From positions 1-24,347 of the IMG/VR virus record IMGVR_UViG_3300020391_000175: 24,347 nt of DNA; one strand, written 5' to 3'. Positions 8,640 to 17,806 of the stretch are shown piece after piece. The stretch comes from a virus. Taxonomy: Duplodnaviria > Caudoviricetes. The position numbers and the translations under genes were made by a program. A model generated the notes under the pieces. The model saw nothing but the letters and a program-made list of their open reading frames with translations, made no database searches and was not told the DNA's origin. Numbering within the stretch: the stretch's first letter is position 1; the number at the start of each line of letters is the position of its first letter.

Positions 8640-11600
8640 TTATCCTAACAGTCTAAAATTGTGCCGAATGGAACGAGTGGAAAATCCCCACTGCTCGTTG
8701 TAGTCAAGCCGGCTCATATAAGGTCTATTAATATGAACTTGATCTTTATCGGGTTTAACTCCCCAGCACCTAATTCTAGTTAGTTCGTTGTTAGAGTCAA
8801 TCGCCTCAATGATCCAATAAAGTTTACCATTCTTAGTTTTCTTCTCAACAATCTTACGTGGAATAAACCAACAAATTTGTAATTCTTCATCAAACTCAGA
8901 AATTGGTGGAATATACTTTTCCTTAAGCTTTTCTATAGTTTCTGTAGAGATGACAAGGTTGATAGGGAAAACTCCGATCAATTCAGTTTTAAACTGGATG
9001 ATTTCTTCTTCTGAAAAGTCACCCTCGGGTGCAAATATATCAATATTCTCGCTAAACTTCTTTAAATTCTTAGGACGCTCAACAATACAGGCAGACCAGA
9101 AGTGTTTGCGACCAGTGAAGCGATCATCAACTATATTATCTAATGCGCCACCACGACAAAGAGCATCAAGAGCCTTTTTATTGAGCTTACTATAGGATAT
9201 ATCTTCACGGAATAAGAGATCTTCAGCGTTCATGAACGGCCTGTTCTCCAGCACTTGTTCAATTGCGGCCATACCTAGACCCTTGATGGATGTCAATGGC
9301 TGAATTAGTGTTTTACCATCGTCACTAATCTCCCAGACAGTACCAGACTTGTTGATATCCAAGACAGCAATCTCAAATCCGTATTTCTTGGCAATGTTAA
9401 TTGCTTTTTCCTTACGAGATTCCGGCTCTTTATCCAAGAAAGCCGCCATCCATTCTGCGGGGTAGTAGTTGAATAGCCAAGCACATTGGTAAGAAATAAT
9501 TGAATAGCTCACTGCGTGAGACTTATTAAAGCCATATCCAGAGAAATATTCAAACTTATCCCAAAGAGCTTGTGCCTCATCTCGGGGGATTTTCTTGGAT
9601 ACACACCCATCAATAAACTTACTATGAAGTTTGTGCTTAACAGAGCCTTTGCCGGTTCCTTTCTTTGTCAACACTTTGCGAAGCATATTGCCTTCATCAA
9701 GTGTCAGACCGCCAAGCTTGTGAGCAAGCAATGCAATCTGTTCTTGAAAGATTAGAAAGCCAAAGGTTTCTTCAGTAATCTCGCGAGCATCTTCGTTTAG
9801 ATACTGGATGTAGTGTGGGCTTTCCTTTGCCTCAACATATTCGTCGTGTACATTAGCAGCTAGTGGGCCCGGACGATAAATAGATGTGATAGCTGACACA
9901 TCAATGATGTTGGTTGGCTTCACTCGGGTACAGAACTGTTGTGCTCCGTGCTCTGTGAACTGGAAGATACCTGCCCATTTACCCTTATGAAAGATATTTT
10001 TATACACATTCTGGTCATTCAAATCGATTACATCAGGGTGTAAGTTCTTTTCGTAATATTCGCGCACTTGAGCGAATGTTGGTTCCTCAACTCCGTGATG
10101 ACGCTTGAGGATGTGATAAATAGCACCTTCCATCATCTTGAGCGTAGAGAGACCGAGTAAGTCGAACTTAATAAATCCCATCGGTTCGAGGTGCCTGACG
10201 TTCTGACCTTCAGCCCACGGAGCCTGACGGACACCGCCTGAATTAATCAAGGGCATACTCTTGTCTAGATCCTCTGCGATGACCACACCGCCAGCATGTC
10301 GAGAACAAGATCGAACCTGACCAACCAGACCTTCAACGTGTGTTTTAACTGCTGGATACTTATCAAGGTATGCACGTAGTGTTGGCGAAAATTCAATCAC
10401 CTCTTCCCAAGTGGGACTATAAACACCGGCTCGAATGCCGTGCTTCTGCTTAGCGGCGGGTGTAGCCTCTCGAATCATAATAGAGGTTACAGTATTAACT
10501 TCTGTGAATTCGATATTGTACAATTTTGAAATATCTTTGATCAAAGACTTGAGTTGCAGTGTATTCCAATTAGAAATGGGAGCAACACAGTCCTCACCCC
10601 ACATTTCGACCAGCTTCTCCTTCAAAGTCATACTATCGGATACATCATAATCAATATCTGGATAATCCTTGGCGTCTGAACGGAGGAAACGAGAGAACAG
10701 CAAACCGTGTTTAATCGGGTCAACTGTTGTGATATTAAGAGCGTATGCAACTAACGAACCCGCAGCAGAACCTCGACCGGGGCCTGTGAGCATCATATCA
10801 GTCGCTACATCAACGATAGACTTCATTGTCAGGAAATATTTAGAGAACCCCCGGTCATCAATAACATTAAGTTCTTGACGCAGACGATCCGTATATTCCT
10901 TGTTGGTGTGCAGACCTTTGTCTTTTAGTCCCTCAAGTGCGTAATTAACCAGCGCTTGCGTGGCCGTAAAGCCTGCTGGAACGACGAATTCAGGCAAACG
11001 AACGGTATTATCTGGCAAAAACTTTTCAATGCGCTGAAAGGCAATACGGTGCGTTTCTTCGATACTTTGCAAAACTAAGTCATCATCATAATCAAAACCT
11101 TGTTCTTTTGAGTATTGCTTGTAACTCTCCCACATCTGATCCCCATTCTTAGGGTATAGCTCGTAACCAATCTCCTCGACGCCCTCTGGCAACTCTGATT
11201 CGCCTTCAGCCCAAGATGGAGTGCCTTTACCAAGCCAACCAAGACGCTTGTAAAGCTCACGGTCCTTCCAAGCGTCAGGGTTGGGGTAATGGCTATCGGC
11301 TGTAGAAACCAGTCCAACGCCAAATTCTTTAGCAACTTGAATTACATACTTGTTAAGTTCGTGCTGCTCTTTGATGTTATTCCATTGTATTTCGGCATAC
11401 CAGCGATCGCCGAAAATGTCCACCATACGACGGGTTGACTCACGCATTGCGTCAAGCACAGCTTCATCACCTTCCTCTCGGTTTTCCCAGTAGTTACCGG
11501 CGTATACACCCCCAAGACAAGCAGAAGAAGCAATAATGCCCTCGTTATACTTCTTAAGTAATGCATAGTCGATACGTGGGTAGCGATAAAAGTTCTCCGG

Positions 11601-12074
11601 CTGATACGATTCAGATACCAACTTAAATAGGTTGTTTAGCCCGGTTTGATTTTGAGCCAACAAGACAAGATGTCGGCGACGTTTAAGGATGCCTTGAATT
11701 TTCTTGCTGTCACCCTCGTCTTCTACAGTGGCGCCCGACTGTGCATCCTTCTTGATTGCGCGCGCCTTCTTCTTGTCTTCCATAGCTTGTTCATATGCAT
11801 CCCGCCACTCTGCAATAGAGGGCGTAAAATATGCTTCACATCCAAAAATAGGCTTAAAATCTTTACCAGCCTCCCGCATCTTCTTGGCGTGCAGCACTTG
11901 ATATGCCAGACCATTCATATTGCCGTGATCTGTAAGTGCCAGTGCCTCACATCCATTCTCATATGCAAAATCCATATGAGCTTGTGGATACCCGATAGCG
12001 TCGAAGATAGAACCAGCCACACTGTGCGCGTGTAATCCTACAAATTTAATTTTAGAGCAAACCCGTTTTGCCAT
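8640..12074 (-). CDS. dnaE: DNA polymerase III alpha subunit (family C), with intact PHP domain
   Basis: LHAHS, TDHG, GCEAY, SACL, DSHY (PHP); GRGSAAGS, PDIDYD, HAGGVV, KFDLLGL, YRPGP, FQEQ, YGFNKSHAVSY; AGGAGG SD. No intein seen. Confidence 0.97.
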   Translation of the reverse strand: MAKRVCSKIKFVGLHAHSVAGSIFDAIGYPQAHMDFAYENGCEALALTDHGNMNGLAYQVLHAKKMREAGKDFKPIFGCEAYFTPSIAEWRDAYEQAMEDKKKARAIKKDAQSGATVEDEGDSKKIQGILKRRRHLVLLAQNQTGLNNLFKLVSESYQPENFYRYPRIDYALLKKYNEGIIASSACLGGVYAGNYWENREEGDEAVLDAMRESTRRMVDIFGDRWYAEIQWNNIKEQHELNKYVIQVAKEFGVGLVSTADSHYPNPDAWKDRELYKRLGWLGKGTPSWAEGESELPEGVEEIGYELYPKNGDQMWESYKQYSKEQGFDYDDDLVLQSIEETHRIAFQRIEKFLPDNTVRLPEFVVPAGFTATQALVNYALEGLKDKGLHTNKEYTDRLRQELNVIDDRGFSKYFLTMKSIVDVATDMMLTGPGRGSAAGSLVAYALNITTVDPIKHGLLFSRFLRSDAKDYPDIDYDVSDSMTLKEKLVEMWGEDCVAPISNWNTLQLKSLIKDISKLYNIEFTEVNTVTSIMIREATPAAKQKHGIRAGVYSPTWEEVIEFSPTLRAYLDKYPAVKTHVEGLVGQVRSCSRHAGGVVIAEDLDKSMPLINSGGVRQAPWAEGQNVRHLEPMGFIKFDLLGLSTLKMMEGAIYHILKRHHGVEEPTFAQVREYYEKNLHPDVIDLNDQNVYKNIFHKGKWAGIFQFTEHGAQQFCTRVKPTNIIDVSAITSIYRPGPLAANVHDEYVEAKESPHYIQYLNEDAREITEETFGFLIFQEQIALLAHKLGGLTLDEGNMLRKVLTKKGTGKGSVKHKLHSKFIDGCVSKKIPRDEAQALWDKFEYFSGYGFNKSHAVSYSIISYQCAWLFNYYPAEWMAAFLDKEPESRKEKAINIAKKYGFEIAVLDINKSGTVWEISDDGKTLIQPLTSIKGLGMAAIEQVLENRPFMNAEDLLFREDISYSKLNKKALDALCRGGALDNIVDDRFTGRKHFWSACIVERPKNLKKFSENIDIFAPEGDFSEEEIIQFKTELIGVFPINLVISTETIEKLKEKYIPPISEFDEELQICWFIPRKIVEKKTKNGKLYWIIEAIDSNNELTRIRCWGVKPDKDQVHINRPYMSRLDYNEQWGFSTRSIRHNFRLLG

Positions 12075-12104
12075 ACATCCCTCCTAAAGTAATTGTATCT
12101 AGAT

Positions 12105-12133
12105 AGTATAATCGATATGACAAGACCTTGCAA
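12105..12133 (-). promoter_or_regulatory. Sigma70-type promoter for dnaE
   Basis: TTGCAA (12133-12128), 17 nt, TATACT (12110-12105), upstream of the AGGAGG SD. Confidence 0.7.
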
Positions 12134-12135
12134 GT

Positions 12136-13023
12136 CTAATTTTCTTCAAAAGGAAACTTTTCATGCGTATGTGGCTTAATCAATTCAGAATATGGCTTTT
12201 CGATAGTGTTACTAGAAGACATATATTTTTTATATTGAACCCACTTATGTGCATCGTAGAACCACGGAGTTTCAATCTTCGTCGTCTTGTTGTTCATCAT
12301 CACCGAATGGAAAACAACGCTCAAAGGGAAGTGGCGAGCCGTCCACCTCTCCTTCAAGGGTAGTTTTTCCGAAGGAAAAGGCTGGTTGGGTGAAGGGGGT
12401 AAAAACTCCCTTGTGGTTTCTTTGTTGACGTGCTTTCTGCATTTTTTAAAATCCTCTCCAAACATCGTAAATGAAAGTGGTAAATCATTTTTAATGTTTT
12501 TGTTATTAAATGTAAAGAAAAAGTTACTTTTCTTGTCTCGAATTAGTTTTCTATTTTCCCTAACGACCGAAAAATCGAATAAACTTAGTGGAAATGACAC
12601 ATAATACTTATCAGGGGTTAGCCAAGTCGATATTTTATTAGCAGTGTGCCATGCTGTTAACTGGCCACAAAGGACCGACCATCCATATGAGTCTCTTCTA
12701 TCTCTGTCCTTTGGGTGAATAGGAACGTAATAAATAGGTATCTCTTTTCTTTCTTGACTTGAGAATTTGGACATTCTGTTATAATAAACTGGGTCATATA
12801 TCCAATCACCAATTGTGTGACGTATGATTGGTGCCATATCATCATTTGCCACAATCCATATTGTGCTACAGCCAGCTAATGCACATTCGTATACAGATTT
12901 CTGTATGGCAGTAAAGCCATTATCGATCGGTAACAAGACTTCAGGCAGTGTATTATGATGGTCGGTTTTAATATTGGCAATCGGAATAATACCCGCCATA
13001 TGTAATCTACAATTTGTTTCCAT
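12136..13023 (-). CDS. Nucleotidyltransferase-like (sugar-phosphate NTP-transferase / GT-A fold) protein, divergent
   Basis: AGIIPIA...LPEVLLPI...AIQKSVYECALAGCSTIWIV follows the NTP_transferase N-terminal pattern, but GxGTR and the conserved Lys are replaced. Confidence 0.55.
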   Translation of the reverse strand: METNCRLHMAGIIPIANIKTDHHNTLPEVLLPIDNGFTAIQKSVYECALAGCSTIWIVANDDMAPIIRHTIGDWIYDPVYYNRMSKFSSQERKEIPIYYVPIHPKDRDRRDSYGWSVLCGQLTAWHTANKISTWLTPDKYYVSFPLSLFDFSVVRENRKLIRDKKSNFFFTFNNKNIKNDLPLSFTMFGEDFKKCRKHVNKETTREFLPPSPNQPFPSEKLPLKERWTARHFPLSVVFHSVMMNNKTTKIETPWFYDAHKWVQYKKYMSSSNTIEKPYSELIKPHTHEKFPFEEN

Positions 13024-13873
13024 CTAAATACTCATAATTTGCTACAATATCAGGACTGACTTGTTCTAATAAATCGGGTATGCTGTCGTTTATTCTCTTT
13101 ACAGTTTCATTCTCCGACCACAGTGGTAAATTTAAACTTATTATTTTACGTTCTATGTTGTGTACCTTAAAATTATAATGTCGCGGTGTTCCATTTTTAG
13201 TAAATCCATTTTGTTTACCACGCATCCCATTTTCTTTCATAATTGATAGCAGTTTAAACCTTGCCATCGTATTAGTATATGAGGGGCTATTCAGTTGCTC
13301 ATGAGTGAGTGTTGATAATACATAAGCATCTTTAACACCAGTATTCCCACAAATTCTGTCACTTGAAAAAAACCATACTTTGTTAACAAAATCATCATCT
13401 GTTTCAAAGTAATCGATATCGTGCTTGCCACCTGATGTAAAAGCAATTTTATCATAGACTTTATATCTAACATTTCTAGGCTCCTTTAAATTAATTAATT
13501 TATATGTCTTATTATCTCCACCGTAAAAACAATTATTAAACTTTATCTCGCATAACTTTGAATATTCAGTCGAACAGATTAATTTTTTACCATCGTATCT
13601 TATTGTATCACACATATCTGAAAGCGGCAACAAGCCGCGCATAGATAATAAAAAATACAATCTTTCCCACATATAAATTTTTTGTTTGCCAAATTTATAA
13701 ATTTTATCGAAAGATATAAATTTATTAGAATTGTCATTGTGATAATCAACAAAAAAATCAAATTGATGTGGTTTATTTTGCTCTGTAAATAATATTGGGT
13801 AATCATTTACAAATGCGAACAGAAACGATTTTAAGTCACTTCCAATGACCACACTGCTATATTCAAATTTCAT
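13007..13873 (-). CDS. Hypothetical protein with degenerate Rossmann-like N-terminus
   Basis: SVVIGSDLKSFLFA resembles the beta-alpha GxGxxG start of FAD-binding proteins, but the later glycines are lost; very AT-rich gene. Confidence 0.5.
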   Translation of the reverse strand: MKFEYSSVVIGSDLKSFLFAFVNDYPILFTEQNKPHQFDFFVDYHNDNSNKFISFDKIYKFGKQKIYMWERLYFLLSMRGLLPLSDMCDTIRYDGKKLICSTEYSKLCEIKFNNCFYGGDNKTYKLINLKEPRNVRYKVYDKIAFTSGGKHDIDYFETDDDFVNKVWFFSSDRICGNTGVKDAYVLSTLTHEQLNSPSYTNTMARFKLLSIMKENGMRGKQNGFTKNGTPRHYNFKVHNIERKIISLNLPLWSENETVKRINDSIPDLLEQVSPDIVANYEYLDGNKL

Positions 13874-13889
13874 TAAAGTATTATAACCG

Positions 13890-14405
13890 TTAATCTACAT
13901 AGTTTTTATAGAAAAGTTTTAAACCACTTGAATTGTGGCCACCTGTATGCCAATTTGAGTTCATAATATGAAATGGTTGATTAATGTGTGGCCAGCCGAG
14001 TGCGTGGCCTAGTTCATGTTCTAGCACCCTTTCTTTATTGGCCGTTTTAGGAAATACAAATATTTTAGCTTTTACAATTTCTTTTGTTTTGTTAGATATT
14101 GTTATCCTTGTAGATGCTAAATGATCTCCAAAATTAAAATCTTGATTTGGCAAAGTGATTATGATTTCACCATATCTAGGCTCACCACAACTTATTGAGT
14201 CATCGTATCGAATATAATCAAATTTATAACCCAGCCTCTCCCAATACTTTACAGATTGAGAAATACGATAACTATGCACTCCTGAATTCATACACACAGT
14301 TATACCGGGTACCATCTCCCATTTATTAGTGCGACTCTTGGCAAGTTCAGTGTAATCTACTGTTTGCAAACCCATCATCAAAAATAATAAATTGATAAAC
14401 ATCAT
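13890..14405 (-). CDS. Metzincin (matrixin-like) zinc metalloprotease with hydrophobic N-terminus
   Basis: HELGHALGWPH (HExxHxxGxxH) and HIMN Met-turn; N-terminal MMFINLLFLMMGL; ATGA overlap with the amidase stop. Confidence 0.8.
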   Translation of the reverse strand: MMFINLLFLMMGLQTVDYTELAKSRTNKWEMVPGITVCMNSGVHSYRISQSVKYWERLGYKFDYIRYDDSISCGEPRYGEIIITLPNQDFNFGDHLASTRITISNKTKEIVKAKIFVFPKTANKERVLEHELGHALGWPHINQPFHIMNSNWHTGGHNSSGLKLFYKNYVD

Positions 14406-15322
14406 CCATCTAACACCTCACTGGTACAAGATATTTCATCTAACAAGCTTTTTATATCTAAGCCAGCACAATCTATCTTTCTTTTACTGACGTGATAATG
14501 ACTTACAAAGCCTGAGAACTTACCATAAGCAACCTGCTGCTCATATTTGGTTGATGTGCTGCCAAACTGGTTTAAGGGTGTTTGATATGGAATATCAGTT
14601 GCGTGATGAATTGCTTGCCAAAGTTTCTTTAAAGCCTCAAGCTGGACAGGATAGAAACCCGTAAATGGCTCAAGCTTTTCACCGTGCACCCAAGCGTCGT
14701 CAACAACTGGACGTTCACCGAAACCGTGTTTAGTATACCAGTTTTGATATTTCAAATAATAAGCATTTGATATTTCAACACCAACAGAGGGCCTGTTAGT
14801 TCTATTTGAGCCGGCATGCCAAGCTGCGTGTTGAAGATCCATAGTTTGATAGATAGTTCCATCGTTGTCAATAAGAAAATGAACTGAAGCGCCTCGACGG
14901 TTGAGTACATTTTGACAAGATTTAGAGTTTAAACAAACATCCCAATGATTAATAAAATATCTGATTTGTCTTTTTGGTCGACCAGAGTAATCATAGTAGT
15001 TGCCTTGAGGTGTCTCAATTCCACCTTTCTCAGACCATAAAACAAACTTGTCCCAGTCAATTGGCACAAAATCACCATTGTAGACAATATAATTGGAGAA
15101 GTGTTTACTTTCGGGCTTATAGTTCGTAATTTCAGACTGTCTTTCGGTCCACAGTCTTCTAAATGTCGTAGGTCCACACAAACCATCTGCTGCAAGGTTC
15201 CTTACTCTCTGCCATTTTTTTATTTCTCTGACTAACTTGTCATCAAAATATTTCTCCCCAAACCAAGAAGGTTCCCACCCAAGCTTCTTGGCGGAAGCTT
15301 CATTGTAAAAGTTTTTGTCCAT
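14402..15322 (-). CDS. N-acetylmuramoyl-L-alanine amidase (Amidase_2) with N-terminal peptidoglycan-binding domain; endolysin-like
   Basis: WQR..NLAADGLCGPTT (PG_binding_1); INHWD, SVHFLIDNDGTIYQ, AWHAG, N..SVGVEI, SHY...KIDC. Confidence 0.88.
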   Translation of the reverse strand: MDKNFYNEASAKKLGWEPSWFGEKYFDDKLVREIKKWQRVRNLAADGLCGPTTFRRLWTERQSEITNYKPESKHFSNYIVYNGDFVPIDWDKFVLWSEKGGIETPQGNYYDYSGRPKRQIRYFINHWDVCLNSKSCQNVLNRRGASVHFLIDNDGTIYQTMDLQHAAWHAGSNRTNRPSVGVEISNAYYLKYQNWYTKHGFGERPVVDDAWVHGEKLEPFTGFYPVQLEALKKLWQAIHHATDIPYQTPLNQFGSTSTKYEQQVAYGKFSGFVSHYHVSKRKIDCAGLDIKSLLDEISCTSEVLDG

Positions 15323-15338
15323 TACATATTACTTTATT

Positions 15339-15608
15339 TTATTCAGTAATTCCTATAACATAATTGTCTAAAATTACATCATAATTAGTGCTGCCAATAG
15401 TAATTTGCTCTACCATCGAGCGATCAATGATGATTTTATTGTCTTGATGTAGATCAAATCTAACATCACTAGCTGCTTTAACTACAGTAACTTCAGAATA
15501 TCTCTGTTCTTCAGGTTTGTAATCTTCTGGTAATAATACAACCGAATTTGTGTCTGTTTGCTTGGGTGGCATTTTAATAAGTATATACCTGTTGACTGGA
15601 TTAAACAT
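15339..15608 (-). CDS. GroES/Cpn10-like co-chaperonin
   Basis: MFNPVNRYILIK, mobile-loop-like VVLLPE, VTVVKA, YDVILDNYVIG; 89 aa. Confidence 0.7.
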   Translation of the reverse strand: MFNPVNRYILIKMPPKQTDTNSVVLLPEDYKPEEQRYSEVTVVKAASDVRFDLHQDNKIIIDRSMVEQITIGSTNYDVILDNYVIGITE

Positions 15609-15828
15609 ATCCTATCTCCTTATGAATTAAGTTTTGTTGTGTAAAATATTCTTCTTTTGTTAAAAATACGTCTTTTCGCATTGCACACCGTTTACAGACC
15701 ATTGTGAGATGTACATTTTCACCCAGCATAGTCCTTACCGGACCACGTGGAACATAGTAACAACATGTGTCTAAATCTCCACATTTACTCCTAAGTTCTG
15801 CCTTGTTCATTAAGTGGTTAAAATTCAT
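15601..15828 (-). CDS. Small Cys-rich hypothetical protein (possible zinc binder)
   Basis: KC...TCC...VCKRC; start moved to ATG 15828 (GAGGT SD just after the nrdJ stop). Confidence 0.6.
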   Translation of the reverse strand: MNFNHLMNKAELRSKCGDLDTCCYYVPRGPVRTMLGENVHLTMVCKRCAMRKDVFLTKEEYFTQQNLIHKEIGYV

Positions 15829-15838
15829 CAATACCTCT

Positions 15839-17806
15839 TCAAATTTCGCAAGATTCTCCGTCACAAAATTTTGTTCCTACACCTGCTATATCAGTCTCAA
15901 TTCTGTGAATTGGGGTAATATTCGCTGACATCTGCTTATATTGCTCCTCGTTAATAGGCTCGTAGGGGGCTTGCTCATATCCGGTGTCTTGGTACCTCAA
16001 GAATGACACGGCTTTAAGCCTTGTTTCATACATTTCAAGTGCACTTTTCAATTGTGGAGCCTCTTGTTCAGTAAATGTTACAGTAACAGAAACCGCATTG
16101 TCAGCCCAATAATTCTGATATTGTGCAGCGATCTCTAGCTGTTCCCACATACTAACATCTTTTTTACCTTTTGTAAAGAATTCTTCGTGGATCGGGAACT
16201 CAACAACAGTTGTATTTGGTGAGTATTTATCTTTTTCAGTCTTATAACCTGCTTTTTGTAACTGTGGTACAATAGGAGATGAGTTTGAAAATCTAATACG
16301 ACGAATATAGAATTCGCTCTCTGGAAAGTGTATTCCCGGTGTAGAGCCGTTCAACAGTGATACAGTGCCAGAGGGTTTGATCGAAGTCATCTTGATTGAC
16401 TTAGGTACGCACAACCAATTAGAATACTCGATATCTAGTTCACGAACATAATCATAAGCATCATCACACCAGTCCATCATAGCACGGCGGCCATGTTTAT
16501 TAAATGCTTGTACGATACCTGACTGAGAAAGTCCAATACGACGATTCTTTAGCATTTTCGCATTTGTCTCTGGCCAGTGCGTATTAACAAGTGTAACAGT
16601 CTTGCCGTACAGATAAGCACACTTTAATGTCTTAACATAATCATCATAATCTTCGTGTTTAGCTGGAAAAGTCTCCACTAGACAACACATTTCAGCATTA
16701 TGAAGACTTTGTTCCACACAAGGATTGAAACCTACAACCTCAACATCGTCATAATTAACACCATCCTTCATACGACCAAAAGCGCGTGCATTTTCAAGCC
16801 AAATATATCCCGGCTCACCATTCTTTTGTGATTGTTCAGCGTGCCAATCATAAGTCATTCCAACTTCAGCATTAAAAGAGTTATTCGAGCCCCACCTATG
16901 ATGATACAGTTTTTCTTGGTCATTCTTCATTTCAAGATAACGGATATCATCGTGTTCACCGATAGCTAAAGCTGCAGAGCGTCGGACATTGCCGGCCACT
17001 ACACATCGACCAATTAAGTTTTCAGTGTCTACAATATCAACAGAGGTGATTGGTTCTCCGATTTTCTCAGAATATAGGGCTTTCAAATTATCGTGTAATT
17101 CAATAAGCGGTTGGGCACCTGATGAAGTGCCGCCAAACCCCAAAATAGGGGCGCCTTCTGGCCTAATTGCAGAGTAATCAAATCTAGGTACATTAGAGCC
17201 GTGAAAAAAGCCATCAAGTAAGACATGAACAGAATTTACCCACCCTTCACGAGAATCGTCAATTACAAGAGTATCATTTGTGTATGTTGGTTCTTTGATG
17301 GTGATTGTGCCGGCGCCTTTAGTATCAAAGCCGACACCAACACCGACCATCAGTGCATCCATAATCCAAGAAAATATATATCCACCTTTACGATCTATAT
17401 CTTGAGTTGACCGAAAAGCACAATTAAATAAAGCAGCACCCGTCCTTTCTTCAACAAACTTAGTGCCCATCATCCACAGACCACGGCCGGGAGGTGTCCA
17501 CTTAAGATTGAACAATCGGTCAAAAGCATCCTTGGCTGTTTTTTGGGCTTTGTTGTCATTCCATTCAAGACCAAGGCTAACCACGTGCTGCTTTTGAATA
17601 TGGAACATACCCTCGATCACACGGCGACAAGTTTGCCACCACTCCTCGGTGCCTGTGGCGCCGGCTTCAAACTCACTTAAGCGTCTAGCATATGTTCTTT
17701 TAAATGTGACGTAGCCGAGCGGACCCCAAGGTACCTCTGCAGTCTTGTATGGCTCCACAAAGGAGTCGGATAACCTAAATTTTCTAATTGTGTCTAAAGT
17801 TCTCAT
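15839..17806 (-). CDS. nrdJ: Class II adenosylcobalamin-dependent ribonucleotide reductase (monomeric RTPR type)
   Basis: PPGRGLW, LFNCAF, GVGVGFD, DSREGW, GNVRRSA, NPCVEQ (thiyl Cys), IKPSGT, C-terminal redox pair FCDGESC; no beta-subunit gene nearby. Confidence 0.93.
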   Translation of the reverse strand: MRTLDTIRKFRLSDSFVEPYKTAEVPWGPLGYVTFKRTYARRLSEFEAGATGTEEWWQTCRRVIEGMFHIQKQHVVSLGLEWNDNKAQKTAKDAFDRLFNLKWTPPGRGLWMMGTKFVEERTGAALFNCAFRSTQDIDRKGGYIFSWIMDALMVGVGVGFDTKGAGTITIKEPTYTNDTLVIDDSREGWVNSVHVLLDGFFHGSNVPRFDYSAIRPEGAPILGFGGTSSGAQPLIELHDNLKALYSEKIGEPITSVDIVDTENLIGRCVVAGNVRRSAALAIGEHDDIRYLEMKNDQEKLYHHRWGSNNSFNAEVGMTYDWHAEQSQKNGEPGYIWLENARAFGRMKDGVNYDDVEVVGFNPCVEQSLHNAEMCCLVETFPAKHEDYDDYVKTLKCAYLYGKTVTLVNTHWPETNAKMLKNRRIGLSQSGIVQAFNKHGRRAMMDWCDDAYDYVRELDIEYSNWLCVPKSIKMTSIKPSGTVSLLNGSTPGIHFPESEFYIRRIRFSNSSPIVPQLQKAGYKTEKDKYSPNTTVVEFPIHEEFFTKGKKDVSMWEQLEIAAQYQNYWADNAVSVTVTFTEQEAPQLKSALEMYETRLKAVSFLRYQDTGYEQAPYEPINEEQYKQMSANITPIHRIETDIAGVGTKFCDGESCEI

